Below are positions 48,185-57,400 of a stretch of 64,000 nucleotides of DNA, one piece after another. This DNA comes from an uncultured Candidatus Poseidoniales archaeon (GTDB lineage Archaea; Thermoplasmatota; Poseidoniia; Poseidoniales; Poseidoniaceae), in assembly GCA_964009815.1 (NCBI GenBank), contig CAXGJQ010000001.1, positions 5,332 to 69,331 on the forward strand, given 5' to 3'. The translations under genes were made by a program, and so were the position numbers. The notes under the pieces are model-generated. The model was given only the letters and a program-made list of their open reading frames with translations, was not told where the DNA came from and ran no database searches. The first letter of the stretch is position 1, and the number at the start of each line of letters is the position of its first letter.

Positions 48185-49720
48185 TCAGACTTTGGGGAGA
48201 GGGAGTGTTGCCCACGTCCGGGCTCGTTCGAGATGGCGGTTTTTCTTTCGGAGTTGGAAATTGGATTTTCGCTTCACTACGGTCCGAAGGACGCGCGATT
48301 CGATAACAACACCGGACTCATCGCGCAAAATAACCTGGACGTATCGGTCTCCTTGCTCTCGCGTAGGCCATGCGACTCCCAACCACAGCACGACCCCTTG
48401 TTGCAGATACCGTGGCACCCAGTCCAAAGCGTCATCCTCTCCTTCGGCATTGAGGCTGACAGCTTGGCGAGGGGGAGGGCAAGCCTGCAATTCAAACCGG
48501 TGATCGCGGGCAAAGGGCTCTCCGCCGGGGCAGACGACCTCAATCCTCGCCACGGTTTGATTGAAGGTCTGATTGTTGAGGGCGATGAACAGATGCCCGG
48601 TTCCATCATCGCATTCGGGGTCAAGAGCAACATCCATTCGCCAAGGAGAGCGCAACATGCTCGGCGACCCTGAAAGAAGGTCGAGTTGCAAGCGCTCGAG
48701 CAAACGGAAGGCGCTGGGTTGCCACACCCGAGCGTGCGCCAACAGACGTTGAAGCGAACGCCAGTTGAATTTGGCCCCCTCGTCGAGTAAAACGTCGTGG
48801 ATGGCATCCGGTCGGATAAATTCGCTCAATTCACTCATGGCGATGTCATTGCTCAAGTCGCCCTTTGCATGCAAATGAAGGATGTACAATACGCGCTCCC
48901 AAGATTGCTCTTTGTCGTAGCCGGGCAAAATACTCTCTCGGAATCCGTCCAACCAAGCTCGCCAATCCAAGTAAAGGTCAGGATCGAGGTGCAACACAAT
49001 CAATTCGCCAAGAATTGAGCCCAACTGGGTCGGATGGTGGGTTGGTGCATGATGGGCCAGGCAGGGCATTTGATCGCCGTGTTGACGAACGGCATCAGAC
49101 GTGAAGAACGAATGGAAGGAATGGGCGAAACCCAACGTCATGGACACGAGGAACGAAAGGTTCCACACCAAGGAATCTTGTCGAATGACCGTACCAAGTC
49201 CGAGAAGAAATACTGCGCTAATGGCTAACAAGCTGTTGATGGTGTTGTGCCTGCGGACATCGGTTAATCCCTCAAGTATGCGGTCCATACCGGGTTGAGA
49301 GCGCAAAGAAAGTTTGCCGCCGGTGGTCTCATCATCAATTTCACGAAGGGAAATCCGCGCTTGGATGGATTGCCACATGGCTTCGCCAGCAAAGAGAGGT
49401 GGGGCCGCCGTGACCAGGAGAGGCAGTAGCCAAAACAGCATGACATAGCCCGGGTTAGGAGGGGCCACTGAGGGGAGAATTACTGAGAGAAGGGCGACGA
49501 CGGCAACACTGGCGCCAAAAAGAAGGCGGACCATCATCGAAATGGGGTGCCTTGCCACCCTTCCAAACCGCATGCGAAGTTTCTCTTGATGTTGCCATTT
49601 CTCAACGGTACGTTCCAGTGGATTTTCGGTTCGTGCGAACCCATGTCCGTACGGATCGGGAAGCGAACTGGCTGCATCCGATGGGTCGTCCGCCATGTCA
49701 TCCCCATCCAAGGGGTGCAT
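48185..49720 (-). CDS. Hypothetical membrane protein (about 510 aa)
   Basis: Multiple TM helices in the N-terminal half, soluble C-terminal half. The ORF-track start (49804) overlaps the tRNA-Arg. An internal Met at 49720 was used. Confidence 0.4.
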   Translation of the reverse strand: MHPLDGDDMADDPSDAASSLPDPYGHGFARTENPLERTVEKWQHQEKLRMRFGRVARHPISMMVRLLFGASVAVVALLSVILPSVAPPNPGYVMLFWLLPLLVTAAPPLFAGEAMWQSIQARISLREIDDETTGGKLSLRSQPGMDRILEGLTDVRRHNTINSLLAISAVFLLGLGTVIRQDSLVWNLSFLVSMTLGFAHSFHSFFTSDAVRQHGDQMPCLAHHAPTHHPTQLGSILGELIVLHLDPDLYLDWRAWLDGFRESILPGYDKEQSWERVLYILHLHAKGDLSNDIAMSELSEFIRPDAIHDVLLDEGAKFNWRSLQRLLAHARVWQPSAFRLLERLQLDLLSGSPSMLRSPWRMDVALDPECDDGTGHLFIALNNQTFNQTVARIEVVCPGGEPFARDHRFELQACPPPRQAVSLNAEGEDDALDWVPRYLQQGVVLWLGVAWPTREQGDRYVQVILRDESGVVIESRVLRTVVKRKSNFQLRKKNRHLERARTWATLPLPKV

Positions 49721-49749
49721 GGCCCTGATTATGGCTCTTGTCCAAAAAC

Positions 49750-49826
49750 TGGCGGGCGTGGCAGGATTCGAACCCGCGATCTCCGGCTTAGGAGGCCGGT
49801 GCATTATCCAGCTGTGCTACACGCCC
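49750..49826 (-). tRNA. tRNA-Arg (anticodon CCT)
   Basis: The minus-strand sequence GGGCGTGTAGCACAGCTGGATAATGCACCGGCCTCCTAAGCCGGAGATCGCGGGTTCGAATCCTGCCACGCCCGCCA folds with a 7-bp acceptor stem, a 5-bp anticodon stem with loop CUCCUAA (CCU), a GGTTCGAATCC T-loop and an encoded CCA. The D-stem has one mismatch. Confidence 0.8.
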
Positions 49827-49849
49827 ATCAGATGCTGATGTGCAACCTT

Positions 49850-51007
49850 TCATGACGCTTGCGATGCAGAGGGGCCGAGGTGTTCTTGCCCAATTTCGGC
49901 GATTCGGTGGAGAAGTTCCTCCAATTGAATGCGTTGTTGGGCCGACCGTTGCAGCCGCATGTCACACCTTGATACGGCGTTCAACAATTCTGCAAGAAGA
50001 GCATCGGGGTAGTGGGTTCGACCTGCAACGAGGAAATGATGGAGGCGATCAACGACGCCGCGTCCGTCCAAATCGTGGTTGTTCATCATTTGGTCCAATG
50101 CCCCCATTGCCCCTTTGAGGACGCGGGTGTTCTTCTCCCCTTGCTTTTCCCATTTCCAATCGTGAACACGCCCACGCAATGCTTCTTCAAGGACCAGTTG
50201 TATCTCTCTTCGACTGCTATTGGCCATCAAGAGCTGGATGTTTTTCCGGTCATTGAGCAACGAGCGCTGAGCGAGGAGTTGAAGGGTAAAGATGGCCTTT
50301 CGAAGGTTTCCGTTGGCGACGTGAGCGATGTCGCCCAAGACTCCCACCGTTGGGTTCAACGATTCCAACTGACTGATGGCCTCAAGGCGCTGCTCAATCA
50401 TGAGCCGAGAAAGGGAGGGCATTCGCACGTGTTGTGTTCGGCTTCGCAGGGCTTCAATGATTCGCGACGGCGTATGTGTGGTGAAGATGAACCGAGCACT
50501 CCGACTGCTTTCCTCCATCATTCTTCGCAGATAGGACTGGCGTGCGTGACCCAAATAGTCAGCATCCTCAATGATGATGATGCGTGAAACTGCAGCAAAA
50601 TTTCCGGCCTCCGGAGAGGATGATTCCTCGCCAGCGGGCGGGGGCGATGTGCTTGATGAGGCGCTGATGTTGTGGTCGAAGGCATCCAAACTGGTTCGTC
50701 CTGCGAGGGTGTCTTCTGAACCAGCACCTTCAGGGCGCAAAAACGCCTCGAACTTGGCCATGGCGCCCGAGGTTTTGTCCAGGTCTCGGGCCTGAAGAAT
50801 GTGGGTTGTTGAACGCCATGAAGGCCCCAGCACTTGACGGCAAACGAGTTGATGTGCTGCTGTTTTTCCGCAACCGGTGGGACCAGAGAGTAAAAGGTGA
50901 GGTGGGTTGGCTTGCAATGAAAGATTCTTCAAAGCATCAATGACGTTTGAAGATGTAAGGAGTTCGTCGAACAGGACGGGCTTGTATTGCTCAAGCCAGA
51001 CGGTCAT
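49850..51007 (-). CDS. rfcS: Replication factor C small subunit (clamp loader AAA+), with about 40-aa low-complexity insertion between Walker A and Walker B
   Basis: LLLSGPTGCGKT Walker A, IIIIEDADYL Walker B, SRT (SRC-like) sensor motif, lid and collar domains. There is an extra S/P/E-rich segment DAFDHNISASSSTSPPPAGEESSSPEAGN. Confidence 0.85.
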   Translation of the reverse strand: MTVWLEQYKPVLFDELLTSSNVIDALKNLSLQANPPHLLLSGPTGCGKTAAHQLVCRQVLGPSWRSTTHILQARDLDKTSGAMAKFEAFLRPEGAGSEDTLAGRTSLDAFDHNISASSSTSPPPAGEESSSPEAGNFAAVSRIIIIEDADYLGHARQSYLRRMMEESSRSARFIFTTHTPSRIIEALRSRTQHVRMPSLSRLMIEQRLEAISQLESLNPTVGVLGDIAHVANGNLRKAIFTLQLLAQRSLLNDRKNIQLLMANSSRREIQLVLEEALRGRVHDWKWEKQGEKNTRVLKGAMGALDQMMNNHDLDGRGVVDRLHHFLVAGRTHYPDALLAELLNAVSRCDMRLQRSAQQRIQLEELLHRIAEIGQEHLGPSASQAS

Positions 51008-51460
51008 GCTACAGAAGACCGGACCATGGTCTTTGAACTCTGCGAGTGGCTTTGTTCACTCGGCGTTCAAGCGCTTGGTGCCGTGGCGGCGGAGTTTCAT
51101 GAAGATGCGGGATCCGCAAGCTTTGCAGCTGATACCGTTTCGTTCTCGGTGGAACGATTCGAGGCTTCCACAGACGGCGCACTTGTAGTCAACGAGTTCA
51201 ACCATAGTTCTCTCTCCGATGTCCGCGACCGTGCATCCTGTTTTGAACCTTTCATTGGCTTCTTCGATGCTGCCATGCCTCGTAGGTGGGCTCAGACATC
51301 ACGACCAAACACCCTTTTTGATACAGATGAATGATCTTCAGTCCTACCGCTGAAGGAGAGCGCTGGAGGGTGCTCGCAATGGACACGATGTCGCAATTGA
51401 GTTCAAGACTCTCGATGAGATGTTCCTCTTCCTTGACCGTCCAAGGAACACCCATGGAAT

Positions 51461-51895
51461 TCAACAAGCACGTCCACCGACGAGTCCAGGCATCAAGCGA
51501 ATGCGGCTGCCTGCTTCCAAGTTCATGCCAGCAATGTCGGCTGCACTGACGAGTTGGTCGTTCACGAAGACCCAGGAACCCTGAGTGGAGTTGACCTTCT
51601 CGGAGATTTCAGCTTGGGTCATCACGGCTTCAGCGTGACCGGTGGAGTCGGCGATTTCGACCACGAAGGTCGGTGCGTCTTGGCCGCCCACGAGACCGGG
51701 CATCAAGCGAATGCGGCTGCCTGCTTCCAAGTTCATGCCAGCAATGTCAGCTGCACTGACGAGTTGGTCGTTCACGAAGACCCAGGAACCCTGAGTGGAG
51801 TTGACCTTCTCGGTAAGTTCGTTCTGTGTCATCTGAACGGTAGAGTGTCCAGATGCGTCTGCAATTTCAACTTCAAATTTCATATTGTTGTCCAT
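51461..51895 (-). CDS. Tandem di-domain ThiS/MoaD-like ubiquitin-like protein (two SAMP-like beta-grasp modules, each ending Gly-Gly)
   Basis: Module 1 is MKFEVEIADASGHSTVQMTQNELTEKVNSTQGSWVFVNDQLVSAADIAGMNLEAGSRIRLMPGLVGG. After a QDA linker, module 2 is PTFVVEIADSTGHAEAVMTQAEISEKVNSTQGSWVFVNDQLVSAADIAGMNLEAGSRIRLMPGLVGG, followed by RAC and the stop. Start taken at MDNNMKF/MKFEVE rather than ORF-track 51955. Confidence 0.7.
   Translation of the reverse strand: MDNNMKFEVEIADASGHSTVQMTQNELTEKVNSTQGSWVFVNDQLVSAADIAGMNLEAGSRIRLMPGLVGGQDAPTFVVEIADSTGHAEAVMTQAEISEKVNSTQGSWVFVNDQLVSAADIAGMNLEAGSRIRLMPGLVGGRAC
51491..51813. repeat. Direct repeat inside the di-Ubl gene: two about 113-bp near-identical copies spaced 210 bp apart
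   Basis: catcaagcgaatgcggctgcctgcttccaagttcatgccagcaatgtc[g/a]gctgcactgacgagttggtcgttcacgaagacccaggaaccctgagtggagttgaccttctcgg occurs at about 51491-51603 and again at about 51701-51813, with 1 mismatch seen by eye. Confidence 0.85.
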
Positions 51896-52039
51896 GTGTG
51901 TCCACCTTTGAGAGAGTGAGTTTCCAACAGTATATGAACTTCGCAACCAAAACACCCTTTTCGGATTTGGTCGTTGTTCAACAACTCTGTCAGCATTGCA
52001 CCCGCTTCCAAAAGAGGAAGTCGTTGAGGGTATATGAAC

Positions 52040-53350
52040 TCAAATTTTGAGATTGGCTTGACGGGCAAGAAGATGAATTTGCATGCTGTGTTCCACCATC
52101 GCAGCATTCGCCCACGCTTGGTCAAAGTCGGCCCCTACGGCATAAGCGCCGTTTCCGCGAACCACAACACAGCGCATGCCTCCTTGATTGAGGGCTTCTG
52201 CTACCTGACGAAGGTAATCCTCGGGGTGGTCAGGGTCAGGGTCAACGATGATGATCTTTCCAATGTGCTGCTTTCCAACCTCGTCGATGGGCGTCAACAA
52301 CACCAGGTCTTTTTCGCAACTCGCTGCAGTGGTATGGGGGCCATGCATATGGATGACGGCGGCGGGACCGCCGGTCACCATTGATACGGAGGCGAGAACG
52401 ACTTCAAGAGCGTGCCAATCGGGAGGTGCGCCCCGAGGAGAGGTTGAGCCGAGAGGAGCTGCACACAAACTCCGTTCATTCATTCGAGGGAGGGTGACCA
52501 TGTGTTTGGTGGAAACCATCACACCTGGCTGTTCTGGATGAATCATCGCCAAAGAGCCCATGGTGGCCCGAACCAAATGTTCGCGGTCAAGTTGCCGTCC
52601 GAGACGGACAAAGTCGGATACGACATAGGGGGGGATCACGATGTTGTCTTCCACAAGTGGTGGCATGGGGGGCTCCTCCAATTGTTCGATGACTTCGGTT
52701 GCACCGACAACCGATTGGCGGAGGCGTGCATTCTCCATGTGAAGTCGTTCGAGTTCCGCTTCCTTTTCAGCAAGGATGTCCAACGTCGCTTGGTCAACTT
52801 CTCCACTTCGTTCCTCGACGACCGGGGCTTCCTCAACGGGTTCTGGTTCAGCAGGGGACTCTGGTTCAGGCGTCGCTTCTTCAGCGGGTTCAGCAGCCGG
52901 AGCTTCCTCAACGGGTTCTGGTTCGGCGGGAGATTCTGGTTCAGGTGTCGGTTCTTCAGCGGGCTCCGGTTCGGACTCAGCCGGTTCGGCTTGAACGGGT
53001 TCTGCTTCCTCTTCGTGAGCTTTCTCAACCGGCTCAGACTTCGATGCTGGTGGAGCACTCGGGGGACCTGAGGGCGGGCCGCTTGGGGGGCCTGAGGGCG
53101 GACCAGATGGAGGGCCCGAGGGTGGGCCAGTCGGTGGGCCGGTTGGTGGACCGGTTGGTGGGCCGCTGGGCTCATTGGGCTTCTCATCTTCAACGGGTGC
53201 CGGTTCAGCCTCTTCTGGAGGTTGTTCAATGGAGCCTATGTCGCCAAAAGCGTCGCCCAACATGTTATCCAGTTGAGATTGTTCTTCATCGTCACGGGCT
53301 TTTTCTGCAGAAGTTTTTGGTTTCCCCATGGTGGCACCCAATTTAGCCAC
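52040..53350 (-). CDS. Class II aldolase/adducin-domain protein with about 200-aa disordered N-terminal extension (GPPT/GPPS and PEPE repeats, short coiled coil)
   Basis: C-terminal about 190 aa: HMHGPHTTAAS...VVVRGNGAYAVGADFDQAWANAAMVEHSMQIHLLAR resembles class II aldolase/MtnB/fuculose-P aldolase folds. N-terminus: (PPTGPP)x3(SGPP)x5 then EPTPEPESPAEPEPVEEAP x2. Confidence 0.55.
   Translation of the reverse strand: MAKLGATMGKPKTSAEKARDDEEQSQLDNMLGDAFGDIGSIEQPPEEAEPAPVEDEKPNEPSGPPTGPPTGPPTGPPSGPPSGPPSGPPSGPPSGPPSAPPASKSEPVEKAHEEEAEPVQAEPAESEPEPAEEPTPEPESPAEPEPVEEAPAAEPAEEATPEPESPAEPEPVEEAPVVEERSGEVDQATLDILAEKEAELERLHMENARLRQSVVGATEVIEQLEEPPMPPLVEDNIVIPPYVVSDFVRLGRQLDREHLVRATMGSLAMIHPEQPGVMVSTKHMVTLPRMNERSLCAAPLGSTSPRGAPPDWHALEVVLASVSMVTGGPAAVIHMHGPHTTAASCEKDLVLLTPIDEVGKQHIGKIIIVDPDPDHPEDYLRQVAEALNQGGMRCVVVRGNGAYAVGADFDQAWANAAMVEHSMQIHLLARQANLKI
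52828..53175. repeat. Low-complexity coding repeats: a 75-bp unit x2 (PEPE-rich) and 9/12-bp GPPx units
   Basis: cttcctcaacgggttctggttc...ttcttcagcgggt is repeated at 52828 and 52903. ggtgggccggttggtggaccggttggtgggcc units lie at about 53058-53175. Confidence 0.7.
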
Positions 53351-53395
53351 ATGGCGCGGCTTAAATAGCGGTTGCGTCCCGGAGGAGATGAAACT

Positions 53396-53470
53396 GCCCG
53401 CTTGGTGTAGAGGTTATCATGCAGGATTGTCATTCCTGCGACCCGGGTTCAATTCCCGGAGTGGGCGCCA
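53396..53470 (+). tRNA. tRNA-Asp (anticodon GTC)
   Basis: GCCCGCTTGGTGTAGAGGTTATCATGCAGGATTGTCATTCCTGCGACCCGGGTTCAATTCCCGGAGTGGGCGCCA. It has a 7-bp acceptor stem, anticodon loop UUGUCAU, a T-arm CCGGG/CCCGG with TTCAATT loop and an encoded CCA. It matches the archaeal tRNA-Asp consensus GCCCGGGTGGTGTAG.... Confidence 0.85.
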
Positions 53471-54376
53471 CTACTCTTCTTCATCGAAGAATTGCTTCTT
53501 CTGCACAATGGATGGTGCAGGCAAAAGATACCACATGATAGGCAAGATGAGGAGTGAGTCCAGATTTTTCCCGAGTTGAATATCAAACGTTGATTCGAAC
53601 GCGATGAATGACCGAGAATCTCTGGTCCCGTTAGCAGGGACATTTTCGGCTACTGAGGTTCGATTCTCTGGCTCAACCAGTCCCAAATCATACCCCGAAA
53701 AGTCCGCTTCCAGTTGAACTCCAAGCCAAATGAAGGAGAAATCCGATGACGAGTTGGTGTGGACAAAGGAAACAGTCTCGATGTTCGCGCCGGGCGTGTT
53801 GGTGGCGGTGGAGTCTTCTTCTTCATCACCACCCCCACTCAATTCCAACATGTAACACGCTGGGAAGATGACCGAGAAAGCGACAAGGGTGCCCAAGAAA
53901 GCGAGCGAACGAACATGATGGCGCCAGCGGAAGGACGACAACATCAGCAGCTCACTCAACACCAAGAGAGCCAATCCAAGTTTGATGGACTGCCGTCCAA
54001 AAGCAAGCCATTCTCGTTCCTCATTCTCGCCTTGCTCATCGGCCTCACCTGACTCATTCGGCGAATCTGGCTCATCCTCCGTGGCTGTGTCGTTGGAGGA
54101 AGCCGTATCGTCGACCGGAACCGCTGCATCGCCGTCCCGTTCAAGTGCATAGAAGAAAAAGGCCGTCGCCCGTTTAATTTCAATGTCGATCAGGGTCTGG
54201 TCTTTGTTGATGGCGATCAGCGAATGGGCTTCGGTTGGAGCAGGTTTCCCTTCGGTGTAGATGCCTTCAGCCGTGGCCACAAGCCATGCTGAGATGAACA
54301 CGTGCACTGCCAAAAACACCGTCACGGAAAGACGGATGATGCCAAAGGCCCGGTGAGGTGGTGGCCGTGGCAACAC
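53471..54376 (-). CDS. Hypothetical membrane protein with acidic loop
   Basis: TM helices (IIRLSVTVFLAVHVFISAWLV, LGLALLVLSELLMLSSF, LAFLGTLVAFSVIFPACYML, LLILPIMWYLL) and a D/E-rich segment. The stop abuts the tRNA-Asp 3' end. Confidence 0.4.
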   Translation of the reverse strand: MLPRPPPHRAFGIIRLSVTVFLAVHVFISAWLVATAEGIYTEGKPAPTEAHSLIAINKDQTLIDIEIKRATAFFFYALERDGDAAVPVDDTASSNDTATEDEPDSPNESGEADEQGENEEREWLAFGRQSIKLGLALLVLSELLMLSSFRWRHHVRSLAFLGTLVAFSVIFPACYMLELSGGGDEEEDSTATNTPGANIETVSFVHTNSSSDFSFIWLGVQLEADFSGYDLGLVEPENRTSVAENVPANGTRDSRSFIAFESTFDIQLGKNLDSLLILPIMWYLLPAPSIVQKKQFFDEEE

Positions 54377-54406
54377 GGCTGACCCTCCCCGTTCTTCCTT
54401 TTGATT

Positions 54407-57400
54407 TCACTCGTTCTCAGTTCGGCGGTTGCCAGCAACTGCAGCAAGGCCAATGAGAGCGATGACCGTGAGTGGGGAGACGAAGGGCAAGAGGCCTGAA
54501 TCTTCAGCGGCTTCTTCTGCCGTCTCAGGTTCATCCACTTCTTCGGCGGTGTTGTCGTCGCCCGTTTCTGTGTTGTCAGGGAATCCGAGGTCGGACGTGT
54601 CCGCACCTGCGTCTTCAAGCACCTGCGAGAGTTCACCAAGGTCGTGGTCTTCAACGTCCACGATGTCTTCAAGGTCGGAAAAGTCAGCCATTTCTTGCTG
54701 AGCTGCTTGTGCAGGAGCGCCAGTGATGTAGCGGATGCTAGCGAAGGTCATTGGTCGGTCTTCGCTGTAGCCGGTCGTGGTTGGTCCAGCGATGACGTAG
54801 CCGTTCTCGTCCTCGTCCCATGCGTAAAGGCCAACACCCACGATGGTGGCCTGTTCATCGCTCCAAAGAGGAGCCCACATGCCGTCAACGTAGGGGAATT
54901 CTGGAACTTCATTCTCTGCAACATCTTCGAAGGTTGCACCAATGTTCTCGCCAAAGGCTTGGAGAACATCTCCAAGACCTGATTCAGCAAGCGCTTCACC
55001 GATGGTCATGAGTTCGTCGCTGGGTTCGCGGGCTTCTTCGAACTCAATGCATTCACTCTGTGAATCAAAGGGCTCGCTTTGGCCGGCTTGTGTAAGGTGA
55101 ACTTCCAAGCAGTATTCTCCTGGACCGGAAACGTCAACGATTTCCTCAGAGTAGAGCGTTGATTCATCGGCCCACTCCTCGAAGCCTGTGGTCACCATGG
55201 TGTTGGCCCCGTCGGTGACGTCCATCAGTTGCCACGACATCGTAACGTCATCATATTCGCCGTAGCCGGCTTCGGCAACGACGCGGAGTTGGTTATCCTC
55301 TTCGAGGTACACGTGGGTGCCCCAAACTTCAGGGCCCATGTAATGACTACTGCAAATCTCAGTGGCCTCTACGAGCAACGTGCCATCGGCTTCAGAAATG
55401 TGCCCTCCAGAACACATTTCCATGCCGCCGTAGGTGGACGGTGCCATGACTTCAGAGGTGTAGGTAGTCCACTGATCGCTTCTCTCGTCGTCTACTGTAA
55501 TATCGCAGCCCCATTTGGCGCAAACCATGAGGTCCTGAGTTGCCATGAGGGCGTTCCCGTCTCCGTCGTTGATGTAAGCGTCCATCATGAAGAAGATGGC
55601 CTCGCCTTCATCAGAACCATCCGGGCAGTCAACGGTCCCGTCATTGAGGAGTTCAAAGGAAATGGAGTTGGTGTAATCGGCGCAATAGAATGTTTGCCCG
55701 TCGTTTTCATCGTACTCATCGCCTCCATCTTCGCAATTGGCCACGCCGTCGTTGACGTACTGCCATGGAATCTGGTCATAATTTTCGCACATGAACCATT
55801 TTCCTTCGTTGTCAGCTGGTTCATCCGAACCATCCGCGCAATCGCTGCTTCCATCGTTGACGAGTTCAAAGGAGATATCCATGCCGTCATGGCACGTATA
55901 GGTGGTCGTCTGGGTGTTGGCAAACTCATCGGAGCCATCATCGCAATCGTCCCAACCATCGTTGGCGTTGTCAATGGTCAGTTCTTGATACATGCCATCG
56001 TACTCGCACATGATGGTGGGTGAAGTTTCGAATCCAAAGACATCGATATCCATATGTTGACCAAATCCGTAATAGTAGTCGCCAGATTCCCAGTCCTCAT
56101 TCATTTGACCACGAAGATAGAAGTCCATTTCATCTGAACCATCGCTGCAATCTTCGTTTCCGTTGTTCATTTGCCATTCATAGATCATCTCACCACTGTC
56201 GCACATGACCATGTCATCGTCATGGTAGTGGTCATCTTCATCACCACCTACGCCGAAGATGTTCTCGAATATGTCTGCGAAGGAATCTTCGAGTTCGGCC
56301 TCAAAGTCTTCTGCAACCGCCTCGCCAAAAGATTGGCTGGCGTGGGTAATGACGTTGCCCATCATGATGAACATGACTGGGTTTCCAGGGGGGCATGTGT
56401 CACAGGGCGTGGCATCGATGACCGTACCGTCGCCGAGGTCAACTTCCAAGGTCTCGTCCGAGCGCATGTTGAAGTTGACATCTTCCATGTTGGCCTCGCC
56501 TTCGTAGTCGCCTTCGTTGGTGAGTTCGTCGCTGATGCTGATATCGAATTGACCTTCATCAAATCCAAACTCTTCCATGGGCAAGCCACTGAGATAAACG
56601 TTGTAATCGGCCGAACCGATGTAGGTGCCATCAAGCATTCCGCACAAATCTTCGACTTCTACTTCGCCGCCTTCTCCGTATACGCCGACATCGGATGGGT
56701 CGTCGATGCAATCCCAGTCCGTGTTGTCGTTTGCAGCCGCCTCAACGTAAATCGGGCTAGGGGCGCCCAAGCGCCATTCTGCATCAGAGCCAATGGAATA
56801 ACTGAATTCAATTCCAGTGTCGAAGTCAATGTTCAACTGCTCGCCACCGCCCTCGACCATAATGTCAATTCCGAGGTTCATGTCGTTGGAGATCATCATA
56901 TCGAAATCCATGTCTGCTCCAAGAAGTTGATACTGGTCGTTGAGGTACTCCGTGTAGAGCATGTCAACCGTCAAGACATTTTCAGCTTCGGCAATGACGT
57001 CGATATCAAAGCCATTTGGGTCGCTGCCAAAGGTGGTTTCTGACCAGTCCGTCATGATGACGGCGTTGGAAAGGAGACCGTGGCGAAGCACCACGTCGCT
57101 GGTGCGGCTCCAAACTTGCACGTCGTTGCCGTCCAGGTCTTGGATGGTCTGAACCGAGATGTCTTCGGTTTGGTGAACGTAGACGTTTGAGGAACCCGTG
57201 GTCAACTGACCAAGGTCGAGGTTGAACCCTGCGCCGTCAGCGTCTTCCATGATTTCAGAGAACAATTCTTGAATGTCCAAACCTGTGACGTTTTGCAAAT
57301 CACTGTCGAGGCTTGTCCAGTCGTATTCTACACCGTAGTAATACTCGGAGGCTTCAGCAGGGACTGCGGAAACGGTGGTTAGGGGGGTGATTGCTGCAAG

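Noticed and set aside
49721-49804. ORF-track N-terminus of the 48185-49804 ORF
   Set aside because: It overlaps the tRNA-Arg gene (49750-49826) on the same strand. A tRNA cannot be inside a CDS start region, so an internal Met (49720) is used.
52699-53346. Plus-strand 215-aa ORF and several others antisense to the aldolase-domain gene
   Set aside because: They are generated by the low-complexity GC-rich repeat region (the reverse complement of the PEPE/GPP repeats stays open). The minus-strand frame carries the recognisable aldolase domain.
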